Below are positions 39,340 through 53,045 of a stretch of 64,000 nt of DNA, in pieces (position 1 is the stretch's first letter; every line of letters begins with the position of its first letter). The translations under genes were made by a program, and so were the position numbers. Location of the stretch: positions 4,836,001 to 4,900,000 of the forward strand of contig NC_134476.1 of NCBI RefSeq assembly GCF_964194025.1, written 5' to 3'. This DNA is from Convolutriloba macropyga (lineage: Eukaryota). Under the pieces are notes generated by a model that made no database searches, was not told the DNA's origin, and saw only the letters and a list, made by a program, of their open reading frames with translations.

Positions 39340-39700
39340 CTTAAACAAAATTCATAATCTTTTTTTATATCTCAGTGATTTGGGAATATTTATCGTGCAA
39401 GATGATGCAAACTTTCTCATAAGATATTTGCACTGGGGGCATTTTTAATCAGATCTGATGTTTATCTTATCAAATCTTACACAACAAAAATTCTAATCCA
39501 ATGAAATTTTAGCTTATAAGTTGCCTTTTCAGATCTGACATGAAAAGAATCAAGATTAAGATAATTTTTTATTGTGTAAGATCAATCTGATAAGCGGATT
39601 TTCATGAGTAGGAAATGCTGAAGCTGATTTTTTTATCGCGTGAAATCTAATAAGTTCAGTATAAAAATAAAATGAAAAATTCTAAAAATTTTAGTAGGAG

Positions 39701-39900
39701 NNNNNNNNNNNNNNNNNNNNNNNNNNNNNNNNNNNNNNNNNNNNNNNNNNNNNNNNNNNNNNNNNNNNNNNNNNNNNNNNNNNNNNNNNNNNNNNNNNNN
39801 NNNNNNNNNNNNNNNNNNNNNNNNNNNNNNNNNNNNNNNNNNNNNNNNNNNNNNNNNNNNNNNNNNNNNNNNNNNNNNNNNNNNNNNNNNNNNNNNNNNN
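39701..39900. other. Assembly gap (exactly 200 N) at the axis of the inverted duplication
   Basis: N run; the sequence resuming at 39901 is the reverse complement of 39023 and below. Confidence 0.98.
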
Positions 39901-40020
39901 AGGCGTCAATGTAACATAACCGCTAAGCCTGAGGATAGGTGGGGGGGGGGGGGGGGGGGTAAAGACAGATTTCAAAATCCTGTACAGTGGCCTGCTTGTC
40001 TCACTCGTGGTACGTTTCAG

Positions 40021-40229
40021 TTATTCTGCTTATGATAGCCAATCTTTGTCAAATACTGGCCCTACGACACCCAGGGAGCTTTCTTCCCCGTCTATCTGGG
40101 CTAAGTTCTATCATTCCATGGGATTGGAGTTCTACCTGGCTTCCTCGGAGCTATGATGACTGTTCACATCAATGCCATGAACGAATGAGCTGCGAAGTGA
40201 ACAAAAATCTTGGTCAAACTCAAATGTGA
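40021..40229 (+). pseudogene. Gene E' exon 3 with several single-base indels (pseudogene or contig-end consensus error)
   Basis: Mirror of 38905-38697; GGCCCTAC vs GGCCTAC, CTAAGTT vs CTACAGTT, CCATGGGA vs CCATGGA, CGAATG vs CGAAATG. Confidence 0.6.
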
Positions 40230-42793
40230 AAAAACATTCGGTGTGTCAGAACAAAACTAGTTCAGGCGACAATTTGATTTTCAATTAGATAACGGCCTCA
40301 AGTTATCAAAATAAGTTCTTCTTCCTACTCCACCCCCCCCCCACCCGAGAAAAACGTCGAAAAAACCTGAAAATTCAAAAGTATTATAAATCACTTTTAT
40401 AACCTTATGTATTAAATTTGAAATTGGTTGTATCTCTTATTACTTGCAAGCCATTATCAGAGGAAGCATCAATTTGTTCATACAAGTATCAATTTGTTCA
40501 TACATGATTATGAAAACAATTTATTTTCCCGCAAGTGAAACAAAACAGACCAGTAAAATACTTGGTCCATTGTAACCCATATTATAAGTAATCTTATTAT
40601 TAATTTTGAAAGCTTTGGTAATTTATGCAGATTATTGTACTATTTTACAGCAAAATTGTATCATATCTTTCTCATAATATTTTCATTACTGATATATTTT
40701 AGTGTAATTACATAATTCTTGAAATCTAATAATTAAAATTTTGTCGAAAACCATCAGATTTTTATGTTCAAAGCATGGAGCAAGAGCGTAGAATAAGAAA
40801 TCAGTCAAGAGGGGTTCGTTTAGCAAAAATTTTCCGAGATCTTTTTTTGTTGCCTTAGTTCTAAAACTATGTGCGTTGGAGAAGCAGTAAGCCTTGAAAA
40901 ATAATCAATTGTTTGCCGTTTAGAGAAACAAAACAATAAAAACCATCCAAAAAACAGTTACGTAAACTTAACATTATTAGTAGCCGACTTTGCCATGAGG
41001 CTGTAAAACCGTTTTTGGTGTGGTTGAAAGCCCCCATTGGATGAGTTGAGTGACAGTTTCAAAATTTTCTTTATAAAGTCAAATCGGAAAATTTTAGCAT
41101 TCTTTTTTATTAAACGCTCACAATTTGGCAAAAAATGTTTTAGTTCTAAGAATAAATGTATTTCATTTAATATCGCCAAAAGGTGGCGAACGTGTGCATT
41201 TTTGTTTAACTTTTTCGCGGTATTGTTTGCAATCTGCTTATGGAATAGCAGTAGCAAGCTGCTGTCAAATTAAACCAAAACTGACTCATTTCGTGATCTT
41301 TGACATAATCGAATATTAAAAAATATTTCAAAATTTTTAAATATTTTTTAAATTTGGTAGAATATTTTTGACATAAAAAGGACAAAAAAACGTAATATAA
41401 CACCAGTAAAAAATAATTTTTTTGTGTGAATGTGACGTACGATAATATTTTTTACAAAAGTGAGTTTTTTTTAAGATAAGTCAAATTTTGAAAAAAATTG
41501 ATATCCGAAAATAGTTCTCAAAATGCAGGCGTAAATTGAGGAGCACTGTAGAACTGCACTGTAGGACTGCTCTAAATGCATTTGGGGCTGGTCAAAATTT
41601 ATCATAAAAAATTTTGGTGTTTTCTTCTTGTAATTTTAAAATTATTTCTTGCAATTTTTAACTAATTTAGATAACTTAAGAAACATGAATCGCAAATACA
41701 AGTGCGGAAAATGCGATGAAAAAGAATCTTGGCTTGTCAAAAATTGGTGGGTCGAACCATTGTGGCAAAGCACAACTTCGCAAACAAATTTTGTGGAAAT
41801 GTTTTCCCTAAAAATAACACGATACAGAACTATCTACGTCCGCAAAAGCTTAAAAATTATGAGAATAATAAATTTTACAGGCAAAATACAAAAACAGGGT
41901 TTTAGGTTTTGGCAATTAGAATTTCTTTTAATTATCATATTATTTTTACGATTATTAAAAACAGTTTTAAAAAATCTTCCCAAAGAACTGGTTAAAAGTG
42001 TCACAGTATTCTTAACCCAGTAAACACATATTTCACTGATCCTAGTGGAAATTTAAAGGATTGTCTCGACCACTAGAATGTAGTTTTGAACCCTGGAAAA
42101 CTAATTGCAGCCTATTTGGCTATTCAGAGCTGTTTCAAAGAAAAAGTTTTAATCTTTTAGAACAATCAAAAACAAATCTGACAAATTGATGGATGTCGTG
42201 CGGTTGGTGTTGCAAAAATATGGTCCGCTAAGTTGTCAGGTCACAGACGGAACTTATTATTAATCGATACCTACAAAATTGATTACAGTTGTATTTTTTA
42301 TCGAGTTTTGTTTCTGATAGATCGTAAATCGTAAACCATTTTTTCGATTGTCACTTACTTGAATATTTGAATATTTGAACTAAGTTTATCCAGAAAAACA
42401 TAAATAATTACATTTCGTCCGGAAAGGTCATTGCAAAGAGCAGTCCAGCTCAACCTCTAAAAGTAGAAAATTACAAAACACACCCGGTCATTATTCAAAA
42501 GTAGAAAGTAATTTGTTAGAAGTGTAGTATTAAACTTGATTGCTATTTATTTAAAGGATGAAAAGCAAAACTGAAGGCATTGGAATTATCATTTTGAATC
42601 ACATCTCAGTAACTTCAAGTTATTTTAATGATCAATAATTTTGGGGTGATATCTCAATATCAATAATCACAGCCAACGACATCATAAGTTGAACAAATAA
42701 CAATTATAACCAAAATGTAATCATAAACAAAACGTAAGCATTCGCCTTGAAGACTTCTAAACCAACGTAAACCACCTCATCAGAAATTCTCAA

Positions 42794-44174
42794 ATGTTGG
42801 AAAAGCGTTTAAAGTTGATCGTTATAGGATCAGGATTAGTTCTGTCCAGTTTATTATGGGCACTTTTGGCTAACGGGAAATCAGGGTACACTGGATTTAT
42901 CATCAGGCCACTTGGACATATTGATAATTACTCATACGGAATGTGGAAGTACTGCAAAAATGACATATGTACCAAATATGGTAAGTTATTACACCGAAAC
43001 CAGAACCGAAAAAAAGTTTGAAGTTGCAATTCATCTTGTTTCGACTCTTTTAAAAATTCATAATTTTGTTGCGTATTGCAAACTATATAGTAATTTGTAA
43101 AAAAATATTTTATAGAGGTTGAAAAAAAAACATTATATGTTATGCAAAAAATGACAGCGATTGAATTTTTCTTCTAAGTTTGAAAATAGTTTTTACTTAT
43201 ATTTCATATTCGCAATGACAAAAAACTCCAATTGATAAGTATGGGTTTATTTTTCACTCATGATATTCTTGTGCTTGGGTTTCGAATTGTCAAAACTATA
43301 AGTAAAGCAAAAATGGGGTGTCGTCTTACAATTTTCAGTTTTTTTGCCTGGCTATAATTATTATTACATGCCATTACATAGTAAATCTTTATGTAAACTT
43401 ATGACACGTGTGCCTAAGGTGTGCCTATCAAATACACTCACTAAGCCGGTAAGGGGAGGGGAGTCAAAAACGGATACGATACCAAAAATGAGTTTTAGAT
43501 TTCAACTTAGAGGATCATAGTTTTGTGATGAAGATGAAATCGGCGAGAGCATTCTACTTCGCTCTCTGTCCATTCGCAGTCGCAGCTTTCACTGGTTATA
43601 TGCTGGCTCTAATGCAGGGAAATAAACCATTGGTACTCGCTGGTGTATGCTCCACAATTCAAGGTAAAATAAAAAACAAATTACAAAATATTTTCCATCT
43701 TTTTGTTAGACTTTCAAAATGTACAGAAATTTTCCTTGTGACAGTACCTTTGAAACTAGCTTTCAGTCAAATTTTTATTTTGTGAAGTTTGAAAATTATG
43801 ATGCTTATCGATATTTTTTTCTGTATCAAAATAACTGGATATATAAGTCTATGAATACGAGATATTTAGCGATAATTTTTCTAAATTGCTGACAAAAACA
43901 GAATAGAACGATGTAAGGTTTTCCTTCAATTTGGTGCGACCCCTATTGAAAATATATTAAGGAAAACAATGTTTATTGATTTACAGGAATCCTTCTCATA
44001 ATTGCCAACACCTGTCTAACACTAGCACTGAAAGAAAGGGTTCCCAAAAACATCAGCCCCACTGTCGGATGGAGCTTAATTTTACCCTGGGTGGGAATTT
44101 TGCCCGGGTTCATTACTACTTGCATCGCGTTTCTGGTCAAGTTCAAACACCCTGCAGAACAGTCAACAAAATGA
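42794..44174 (+). CDS. Claudin/PMP22-like gene D', 179 aa; exons 42794-42980, 43499-43663, 43987-44174
   Basis: Intact 540-nt frame with GT-AG introns; differs from D by two residues, both in exon 3. Confidence 0.9.
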
Positions 44175-44278
44175 GATTATAGAATGAATTGTTATAGTTA
44201 AATAAGTAAAGTAAAGCTTTTTGTTTTCATTGCTAATTTAATTGGATTGTCGCTTCTTTTCACTTAAATGTTATTTAC

Positions 44279-44279
<1 letters not shown>

Positions 44280-44357
<78 letters not shown>
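44280..44357. repeat. (TA)n microsatellite
   Basis: Direct TA run 3' of gene D'. Confidence 0.95.
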
Positions 44358-44361
<4 letters not shown>

Positions 44362-47300
44362 TAAAAGTGCATTTATATATATTCAATAAACTCAATAATT
44401 CATTTGTCTGATAACTGGGAAGCCTTAGCCATTGAACAGACGTAACAATAGAAGTTTCAAAGAAAATATGAACTTTGTAAATTGATAAATAATTGATAAC
44501 ATCGACAACACAATATTCCAATTTTAAATTTTGACAAGTGTTCTGAGTTATCTCGATACGCTTCTTCACATAAGCATTAAAAATCAAAAATTATACTTTC
44601 AGTCTATTGCAATTAATTGATCAGGTGATAGAAAACCTCTACCCTTCAAATTGCGTCTCTAAACCGAAAACCTAATCCCAGAAATTGCTAAAACGTTATC
44701 CCGTACGCTAGGTGTTTTAACTCGGTTCGAAAAACTTCAGTCATTCTCAAAATATAGCACCACACCTTCCTCTTCCTCGAGCTTATAGTGGTTATCAAAA
44801 CTATATCATAAATATAAAATGGTTATCAAATGTCTAGCGCCCAATTACAATGAAAGATACCATTATCGGGCTCAATAATTTCTAGAGGGGATATAACGGG
44901 AGAGTAAGTACCAATATCAGTGCGCATTTTATAGGAATTTATAGAAGAAATAAATTTAGAAGAATTAAATTTCGAGGAAAAATTAGAAAAATTAAATTGA
45001 GAAGAAACAAGGCGGCTCGGTAATGTGCAATGGCACATAAGGTTCCGACCCCGCCTATCCACAATTTTGGCATAATTGTCTACCAAATGAGGAACAGATA
45101 GAAAAACCCAAAAATTATTTCTTTGCGAATCCCAAAAAAGCCCAACTGTTTTTCAAAAAATTCTGTATGAACGATAAGATAACCTCCAAAACAAATAACT
45201 CAGTGGAGTAAACATTGATGCATTAGATTGCTGTAAAATGTCAATATTAAGAAAGCGAGTCAAAACGAACAGCAAAATCAAACAACAACAACAACAAACA
45301 TTAATTACATCAAAAAATTTATGTCCCTCTTAAAAACTAAATTTAATAACAAAGTCAACATACCGTCAGATAAACCTGAAACTAAACAAAAATAACTTAT
45401 AAATCACCAGAAAACATATGCGACCAGTCCATAAAAAGGTTTGGTAACAATTATACAAAAAAGAACAAAAACAGAAAAGTAAAAAAATTAACTTATTTTT
45501 TTGAAACAATTAACTTCAAAGTAATGAATACCATTAGGAATAAATTAATATTACCACAAATTTGCGATTACCACTGCTTCTATAGAAGGGCATTAGGACC
45601 TGACCTTATTCATTTTTTAGAGCGGCCTTTTTTCATGAAAAGTAAACCCTCGAGACCTGTAATTATCCAGAATATTTCTTGCATCTACAAAAAGAACGTC
45701 AAATATGACAAAAATCAAATTAATTTATTTTTTTTGTGAAAAAGCGGTGTCGAAGCCAGTAAGGTCATAACAAAATCTTTAAAAAAAAGATTTTGGGACA
45801 CCAGTCCCTTTTATTCCCTTGACACCCATAATGTCATATTTGACCTGTAATCAACTAACGAGATTAGGTAACAAAAAGAAACATAAAAAGAACAAAATTG
45901 CGAAATTAAAAAGTTTTTTTTTAATTTTGGAAAACGATTGTTTTCAAAGTCATGAAAGCCATCAGCTATCTACTAATATCAGAATATCGGTTCTTTTATT
46001 CTTCCGTGAAAAGCCACTGAAATCTATCACTATACAGGAAATTTCATACGACCGAAACGACAAAGTATAAATGACAGTTAAGACAAAATTAAAAAATTCA
46101 ATTGATTTCTTCAAGAAAGAGGCGTCGAGGCCATTAAAACGATGATTTATATCTTTCAGGATTTTAATATGTTCAATTGTGCTTTAATTTGAATGCTAAT
46201 ATGGTGACATGAGAACTGTCAATAATGTGATAATGTGACAAAATTAGAAAACGTGAAAAACTGGCAAATATCAAAACAAACAAAAATCTAAAATCTTGTA
46301 GTATCAAAGCCAGAAAACATTAATTTCAGGCTTAAAACTGCACCCAAGAACAAATGTTAACTCAGTAGAAAGAAGAAGCAGTCTTTTTTTGCTGACACTA
46401 AGCTGGAAGTTGAACAAATTAAGAAAAAAATAGAGGAAAAGTTAATTAAGCCATTATTTATTGAAAAGTCAATTATTTTTAAAAAAGAAACTACCATAAA
46501 CTTTCAATTAAAAAACTAAATGCATTAGCCTGGAGCTGTTTAGCAAGCGAATTGGTTGGACCTATCACCCCTGAGCTTTGATTTGATATGTTCTGTTCTT
46601 TATTATTAAAAAAAAAAGTCTTTTTTTTTAAAAAAAAAGACCGACTGATTACAACCCGATTTTTTTTGGATTGTAACAGTCCAAGAATGGCCCAAAACTA
46701 CCCCTGTTAATACTTTTTGTCCGTTAAGAACAATTGATTTTTCGAATGTTGTAGATATAGATAATTTCTGAGTTGAAACTCAAAATAAATTTTGCATTTT
46801 TGATAATCAACGAGTAAAGTTAGCAAAAAACGGCAAAGTTTTAACTACAAGGCACTCTCTGCGGACTCTGAAGTAGAAATAGCCCCCCTCTGAGTCTACA
46901 AAGATTGTATGAGTGTTGTTTGGGGGTGTACTGTAGGCAAATTTAATCAAAGTGGACTAAAGTAGCTTATTTCGTGCTGTTGTTGATGAAAAAGGCTAAA
47001 TTTTGAAATGTTTATCCAGATTTTTTGACCAAAAAATTCAATCAAAACAATTAATAATGCTTGTTCGTCTTCAAAAATAAAATCAACGACACTATTTTTA
47101 AAAATTATAACAAATTTTAGCAAAATTGACGAAAATTTAGGCAAAAATTCCGGAAAATGTGAATAAAAACAACGTGAATTCACTCTTCTTTTCTCAGAAG
47201 TTTAAGCCTCGATAACTCCCTGTAGAAAACGAAAATTAAAAAAATCTTTTTAATTCCATATTCTACGCTGGACGAGCTTTCTAAAGATACCAGTCTCAAC

Positions 47301-47696
47301 TCTCTACGATGAATATATCGAGCGGCGAAAATTCACGGAACAAAAAAAACCCAGTTGAGTATATAGTTCCTCCCCCCTCAAGAGAACAACTACTAAGCAT
47401 CATGCAACATAACGATTCCAGTTTACTAAAAGTTGTCTTTTATGATCAATCAAATTTAGTCTACTAAAAATTATCTTACAACGTGCTTCAAAGTTTTTCA
47501 CGAATCGGACAAAGAATTTTCTTACAAGTTTTTACAAGAAACGGTTACAATTTAAAAAAGTTGTAACAATCGAAAGATTGAAAGTAAGAGTTGAGGAAAT
47601 TACTACGAGTGGGTCTTTAATGATATTATTATGCAATTTCTGGTTAATTTCATATTGTACAAACATATAAACATATATTGGATCGATTATTTGCAA

Positions 47697-47910
47697 AATA
47701 ATAAAAAATTACTGATTTTTGTAACTATTGGAGCTAGCTTTGTTTGTGGACTGTACGCGTTTTGTAATGAAGGATACCATTATGAGATAGGTTTGCATAA
47801 AATTGCTCTTGGTTCCCATGCGCCAGTAACTTTAAAAAAAATGAAATGATCTACTTTGTCCCTTATTGCTTAGTGGAAACTGTTTCCTTGGTCCTGTCAA
47901 AAATAAATTG
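47697..47910 (+). pseudogene. Degenerate claudin-like exon 1 (psiF)
   Basis: NKKLLIFVTIGASFVCGLYAFCNEGYH resembles C exon 1 (DKKILVFVAVG...LCGLLACGNDGYH). No ATG at the homologous position, TGA at 47847-47849, then a decayed TGG AAA CTG...TGT CAA AAA. Confidence 0.6.
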
Positions 47911-50721
47911 GCTTCAATCGTTTGTGTCATCCAAACCTCCCTATGCTACGCAAGTCAGTTACAGTGCATGCGCTGCTACAAAATAAAATACTAGGTAGAA
48001 AAATTAGGGTCTTTCCCATTATAGCCCCCCATGAAATTATAGCCCCCCATTATGGTATGCGGGGCTATAAAGGGAAAGACCCAAAATTGTTCCCTGTTGT
48101 TGTTTAAGCACCCCTCGGTTACATAGCCCATTTCATTACAGGTATCTCATTGTGTAAAAATATAGCACTTGTTGATATTACATCCAGCGACACAGCTGTG
48201 GGTACAGGTGACCAAGCCAGGACAAAAATACTTCAATCTCTTAACCTCTCGATAAACTCCACAAAATTGGGAACCTCTCGAATCTTTTGCTACGCAGAAT
48301 TAGATTTTCTGGCCAGAAAAGGCACGATTTTCCCCCAAAAATTCAACAAATGCCGTATGGAAAAATCAGTTTCTGTTTAAAAACCAGTTTGAAGCAAATT
48401 TCCAGAAAAAAAACTGTATATACTAAAAATAGTATAGTTAAATTTTGATAGCGATGAGCAAGCTAAGACCAGAACATTTTTTAAAAAAATTATCAAAAAG
48501 AGTCCCCCGACTTCCATTTAGATTATGATCTTCTGTAATTGACATATTTACACTTTTATAATGGTATATTTTAACTTCAATCTATAGTTCGCGGGGATGG
48601 AAACAGATCCTAATAAAGTCATAGCTGTAAAAATTAACTTGTTTTCAGAATTTTTTGGCGGCAACGGATTTATGACACGAATAACGACTAATGTTTGCAA
48701 GGACATTCTACAAAATGGAATATCTTGCAAAAACAACTGCATGATTCACCTTGTTGGAATTTGTCTTGATCGAAATTTCACCAGCATAGCTGTTCTTATC
48801 TCATCAGTAAGCTCATGGGAAGCTATTGGACAGATCAATTGTTTTGAGTAGTTTCATTTGGTCTTTTTATAAGGTCTAAAAATTTTTAGATCCTTTTTCA
48901 ATATTTGTTAACCAATTCAAGTTATTGCTTGAGAGAGGAGAAAGGCAAGTTTGAAAACGGAGCTGGTTTCAAGTCTTGGTGCCTCCAGATTTTGGTACCT
49001 CAGTCACAGAGTATGTGTTGTTATATAGCAAGTTACAATGTAAACGATGGCAGGTGCAACTCAGGGGGATTAATCTCTTTGTATGATTTTTCAGTGAGAG
49101 AGACAGAAATCTATATTATTGTATAGAGATAGCTGTCACTAAATATACAAAAAGTGTAAATGATTTATGTAAAAACAGAAATAGTTGTTATTGAAGTTTA
49201 ACTGGTCACAGGTCATTTGAAGCGGAATTCACGACATATGCTAGATTTTTGGATAGAAACTGCCGTTGACTTGTTTATCAAAAACTTTTCAATAGACTTT
49301 TGAATACCTGTAAACTTACACTTGTATCTCGCAGGTACTTTCATGTCGATTCTGACAAAAGGTTAGAATCAATCCCCCCAGCTTAGTGAGCATATAACTT
49401 TTACTCCCCAGGAGCACGTACTAATTTTTAAAAAAGCAACGTGCTATGTAAAAGCAAAAAAAAATCTCATTGGGGGCTATAAAAACACTGGAGGGCGAAC
49501 AGAATAGATCCCGAAAATTTGTAGCGAAAAACTTGCAAAATATTTTGAAACCTAACTTTTTTTTAGTTCAAACGTCTAATTCCTGGCACAATTTATAAGT
49601 GTCTCCTAATTCAACTCAATAATTCAAGAAAATGACAATTAGTTTAAGTGTCTTTGATTCTTTATTAATTTTTTTGCTATGGTGACAAACTCGTTATTCT
49701 CTTTTTTTGGCAAGTTGCCAGATGCTCTAAATCAGCACAACTCTGTTGATACCGTCATCTCAACGCACTGAAACTAATGACATTTTTGACAATGCGGTAA
49801 TATGTCAGCAATGTCTTCAAGTCATTTGTGATTAAACTTTTAAATGCATTTTCTTCTTATTTTTACACAACAAGTTAGCTTTTATTTGGAATGATGGATG
49901 ATTTGCGCTCTGGTTTTAGCCCTACTCCTAATTCTAGCAAACATTTGCCAGATTTTGACTTATTTTAAAGCTCCAGATGGATGATCTTTCGGCTACTTGG
50001 GTTGGAGTGTTGCCGGCACTACTCGGAGCTCTATTTTTGGTATTCATCCATATGAAACGATGAAAATGCAACCGACTTACGACCGCAAAATGAGCAATGA
50101 AGACAATTGTTTATGTGAACTTTGCAAAGTTGTAAAAAAATTCAAAATTCAATCGATTCCTCAACAATTCTTATAAAATTTGTTTTTGAAGCAGAATTTG
50201 TACAAGATTTCTTAAACCTGGATTAAGTAGAGCAGTTGTTTAATTTCCCATTGATACGTTAATTTTTTAAGAAAAGCTTCATTTATTTAGAAAATTGAGA
50301 ATAATTTATTCATAATATTTAGGCTTTCAAAAGTTGCCGACTGTGGAAAAATAGAATTATCTTACCAAATTTAAAATCACTTTTCGGAAAAATAAAAAAA
50401 CGAACACTCATTCAAGCTCATTCAAAATTAAAGAAACTGTTATCTTGTACAGTAAAATAAGTGTTTTTTGTTCTAATTGGCGAACAACACAACCTAAACA
50501 ACCGTTTTACCCTTTAACTATAAAATAGGGCTGGATGAATATTATTTGGTGTTCGTTGATACACCATGTGAGTACTAGTATACTCTAAAAATTTTTATAC
50601 TCGACTTCGTTAGTTTTAATCACCCAATTTTGAATGCAGAATGAATGAAAGCCGACTGATGAATTTAACAAAGAAAGCAAAATCTTAGGGCGCTGTAGGT
50701 GGTTGCAGCAATTGTGGAAAT

Positions 50722-50794
50722 AGACCATTGCTGACACTGGAACCGGCATCTCTTAGTTGCAAGCTTAGCGTGCTAACCGCTACACCAACCAGTC
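50722..50794 (-). pseudogene. Mirror copy of tRNA-Ala(TGC)-like/SINE head
   Basis: Reverse complement of 31633-31705 with a few substitutions. Confidence 0.55.
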
Positions 50795-53045
50795 AGAAGC
50801 TCTTAAACTTTCTTCTAACCTAATTTCGTAACTCGTACCTCAAGTCTTCATTTCTCTAATCAATCAAACAAGCAGAGCTCCTTATTAAGCTAAGCGAAAC
50901 TTATCTGATGCACAATTTACACTAGATTGTTCTCCTTCAACCTTCTAACCACAAGGATATTTAAAAATTTAATCGATTTCTTCCCGAATAAACAAAAATT
51001 TGATAAAACAAAAAAGTGATAAGACACAAAAAACGTTCCGTTAATTACAGTATTAACGTTGTCTAAGACTCAAATTGTCGTTTTTTAACCCATTTCCGAG
51101 ACCATAGAAAAATTCAACTTCAACTCAAAAGATGTGAATACAGATGCAGAACGCTTATTAAATTTAGGGAAAAAACTCCGAGCTATGTATGCATCGACAA
51201 AATCTTCTAGATTTATTTATCACAAACTGTATTGGAGATGGAAGACAATTTGCACCCACATTGGTGAAAGGAATTGTTTCAGAAATTGCTTTTTTGAATT
51301 CGAAACTCTAAGAACGGGCCCATAGTATCTCATCGATTCCTGATAATATTTTCATTAGATCTCCAAAACCTCTCCAAAATCATTACGATTTCTAAAATGA
51401 AGCTTTTCCAGGGCTACTTGGAACAAAATTACTTAGACCTGCCCTAGACGGGCGGTGACGGGCACTATCACGTAGGAGTCTTGTAAGATGGTTTGTCATC
51501 TCACAAGACTCTTGCAATTCGCTCCGTTTTCTTACAAGATCTTGCATTATCATTACATTCCAACAAACAAATTTGTCCGAGTATATATATATATACTCGA
51601 CTCGTCACTGCCTTACGCATGTATTTTACATACATATATTAAGATTAGGAAAGTAAGCGAGCGCGAAAAGGCCCAACAGCCTCAAACTTTGGTAAAAAGG
51701 TCGCCGATTTTGCATTTTAAATTGCGCAAAAATAGCGACAAGTGTAATTGATTCTAATCCTTTGATCTTTTCGCCTACTCTCATCTAGTCTCTTGATTTT
51801 GGGCAATTCGTCGCCAATTTTGCTGTGCTATTGTCGCTAGATTTCGCTGCCGAGATTAGTGACGAGGAATGGCAATTTGGTCGGTGATTTTTGCTTTGTC
51901 GCTCATTTTGAGAAAATTTGCTAAAATACGCAAAACCAACAAAATGCTAGCATAGAAGCCGAGATTAGCGACGAGGAATGGCAATTTTATCGCTCATTTT
52001 GGGGAAATTCGCTAAATTACGAAAAACCAACGAAATGCTGAAGCATAGTGTTGGCAGATTCTTGCAAGATAACCGTCTTCAATTAGCCAGGTGTTGGAAC
52101 CACATTTTGTCTTAAGAATGGTCATTCAGGTCAGTAGGGGTTTGACATTTATGAAGAAATGAACATCGCCAAATAGCATTGCTTTCTGCAAAACTTGAAA
52201 CAATATTTAATGTTTGACTTTGTGACAGATTTTTATTATAAGAAGGCGGAGAACTGGAAATTTGTCTGTTTATTTGAAGCTTCCGAACATACAAAACAAT
52301 TGACATAACAGTAAACAACTCTAAACAAAATTAAACCTTGAAAACTTTTTGATATTTGTTCTCGTGGGCTTCAAAATAAGTTCAGGTGTTATAATTTGAA
52401 AACAAAACAAAACATTCAAAAAACCACCAACTAAATTGAATTGAACCAAATATTAATGTAGGTTGCATATTGATGTGGGTTTGTGTACCTATGCCAATCA
52501 AGCAATTATATGTGAAAATCGAGTCGCAAACCAACAGTTGAACCACTTAGTTTCCCGTGAACAGTTGGTCCTGCTGGAGGAGAAACCTTTTAAATAACAT
52601 TTCCGAACCAGAAATCTTTTAATTTCTCAACACGAAACTGTTTCTCTTTCATTTCCCCCGCGAACAATCTTTTGCTTTAATAAGAGTACAATGTTTTCGA
52701 CTGATAATGGTTTTATTGCCAAATGATAGAGAGGGGGAGGGGGGGGGGCTAGTAATTTCAATGAAGGGCCATTAAAGGGATGTAAACATTTTAAACGTCA
52801 AATAGTATAACAGTTATTATAATTTTACTCCCTTTATAATTTTTATTATAAAATTTTACACCCTTCAAATAGCAATGTAAATTGAAGCCACGAGCCCAAT
52901 TTATTATTATTGGGCAATGCCAACTATTATCACAGAAAAATTGCACTAATTTATTCACGTAGCAGAAAATTGTTTCTGAGGAAAATGAAACAGTTTCCTA
53001 GAAACGCAAAACAGAATTTTAGGGTGATAATTTGTAAAAAAAAAA

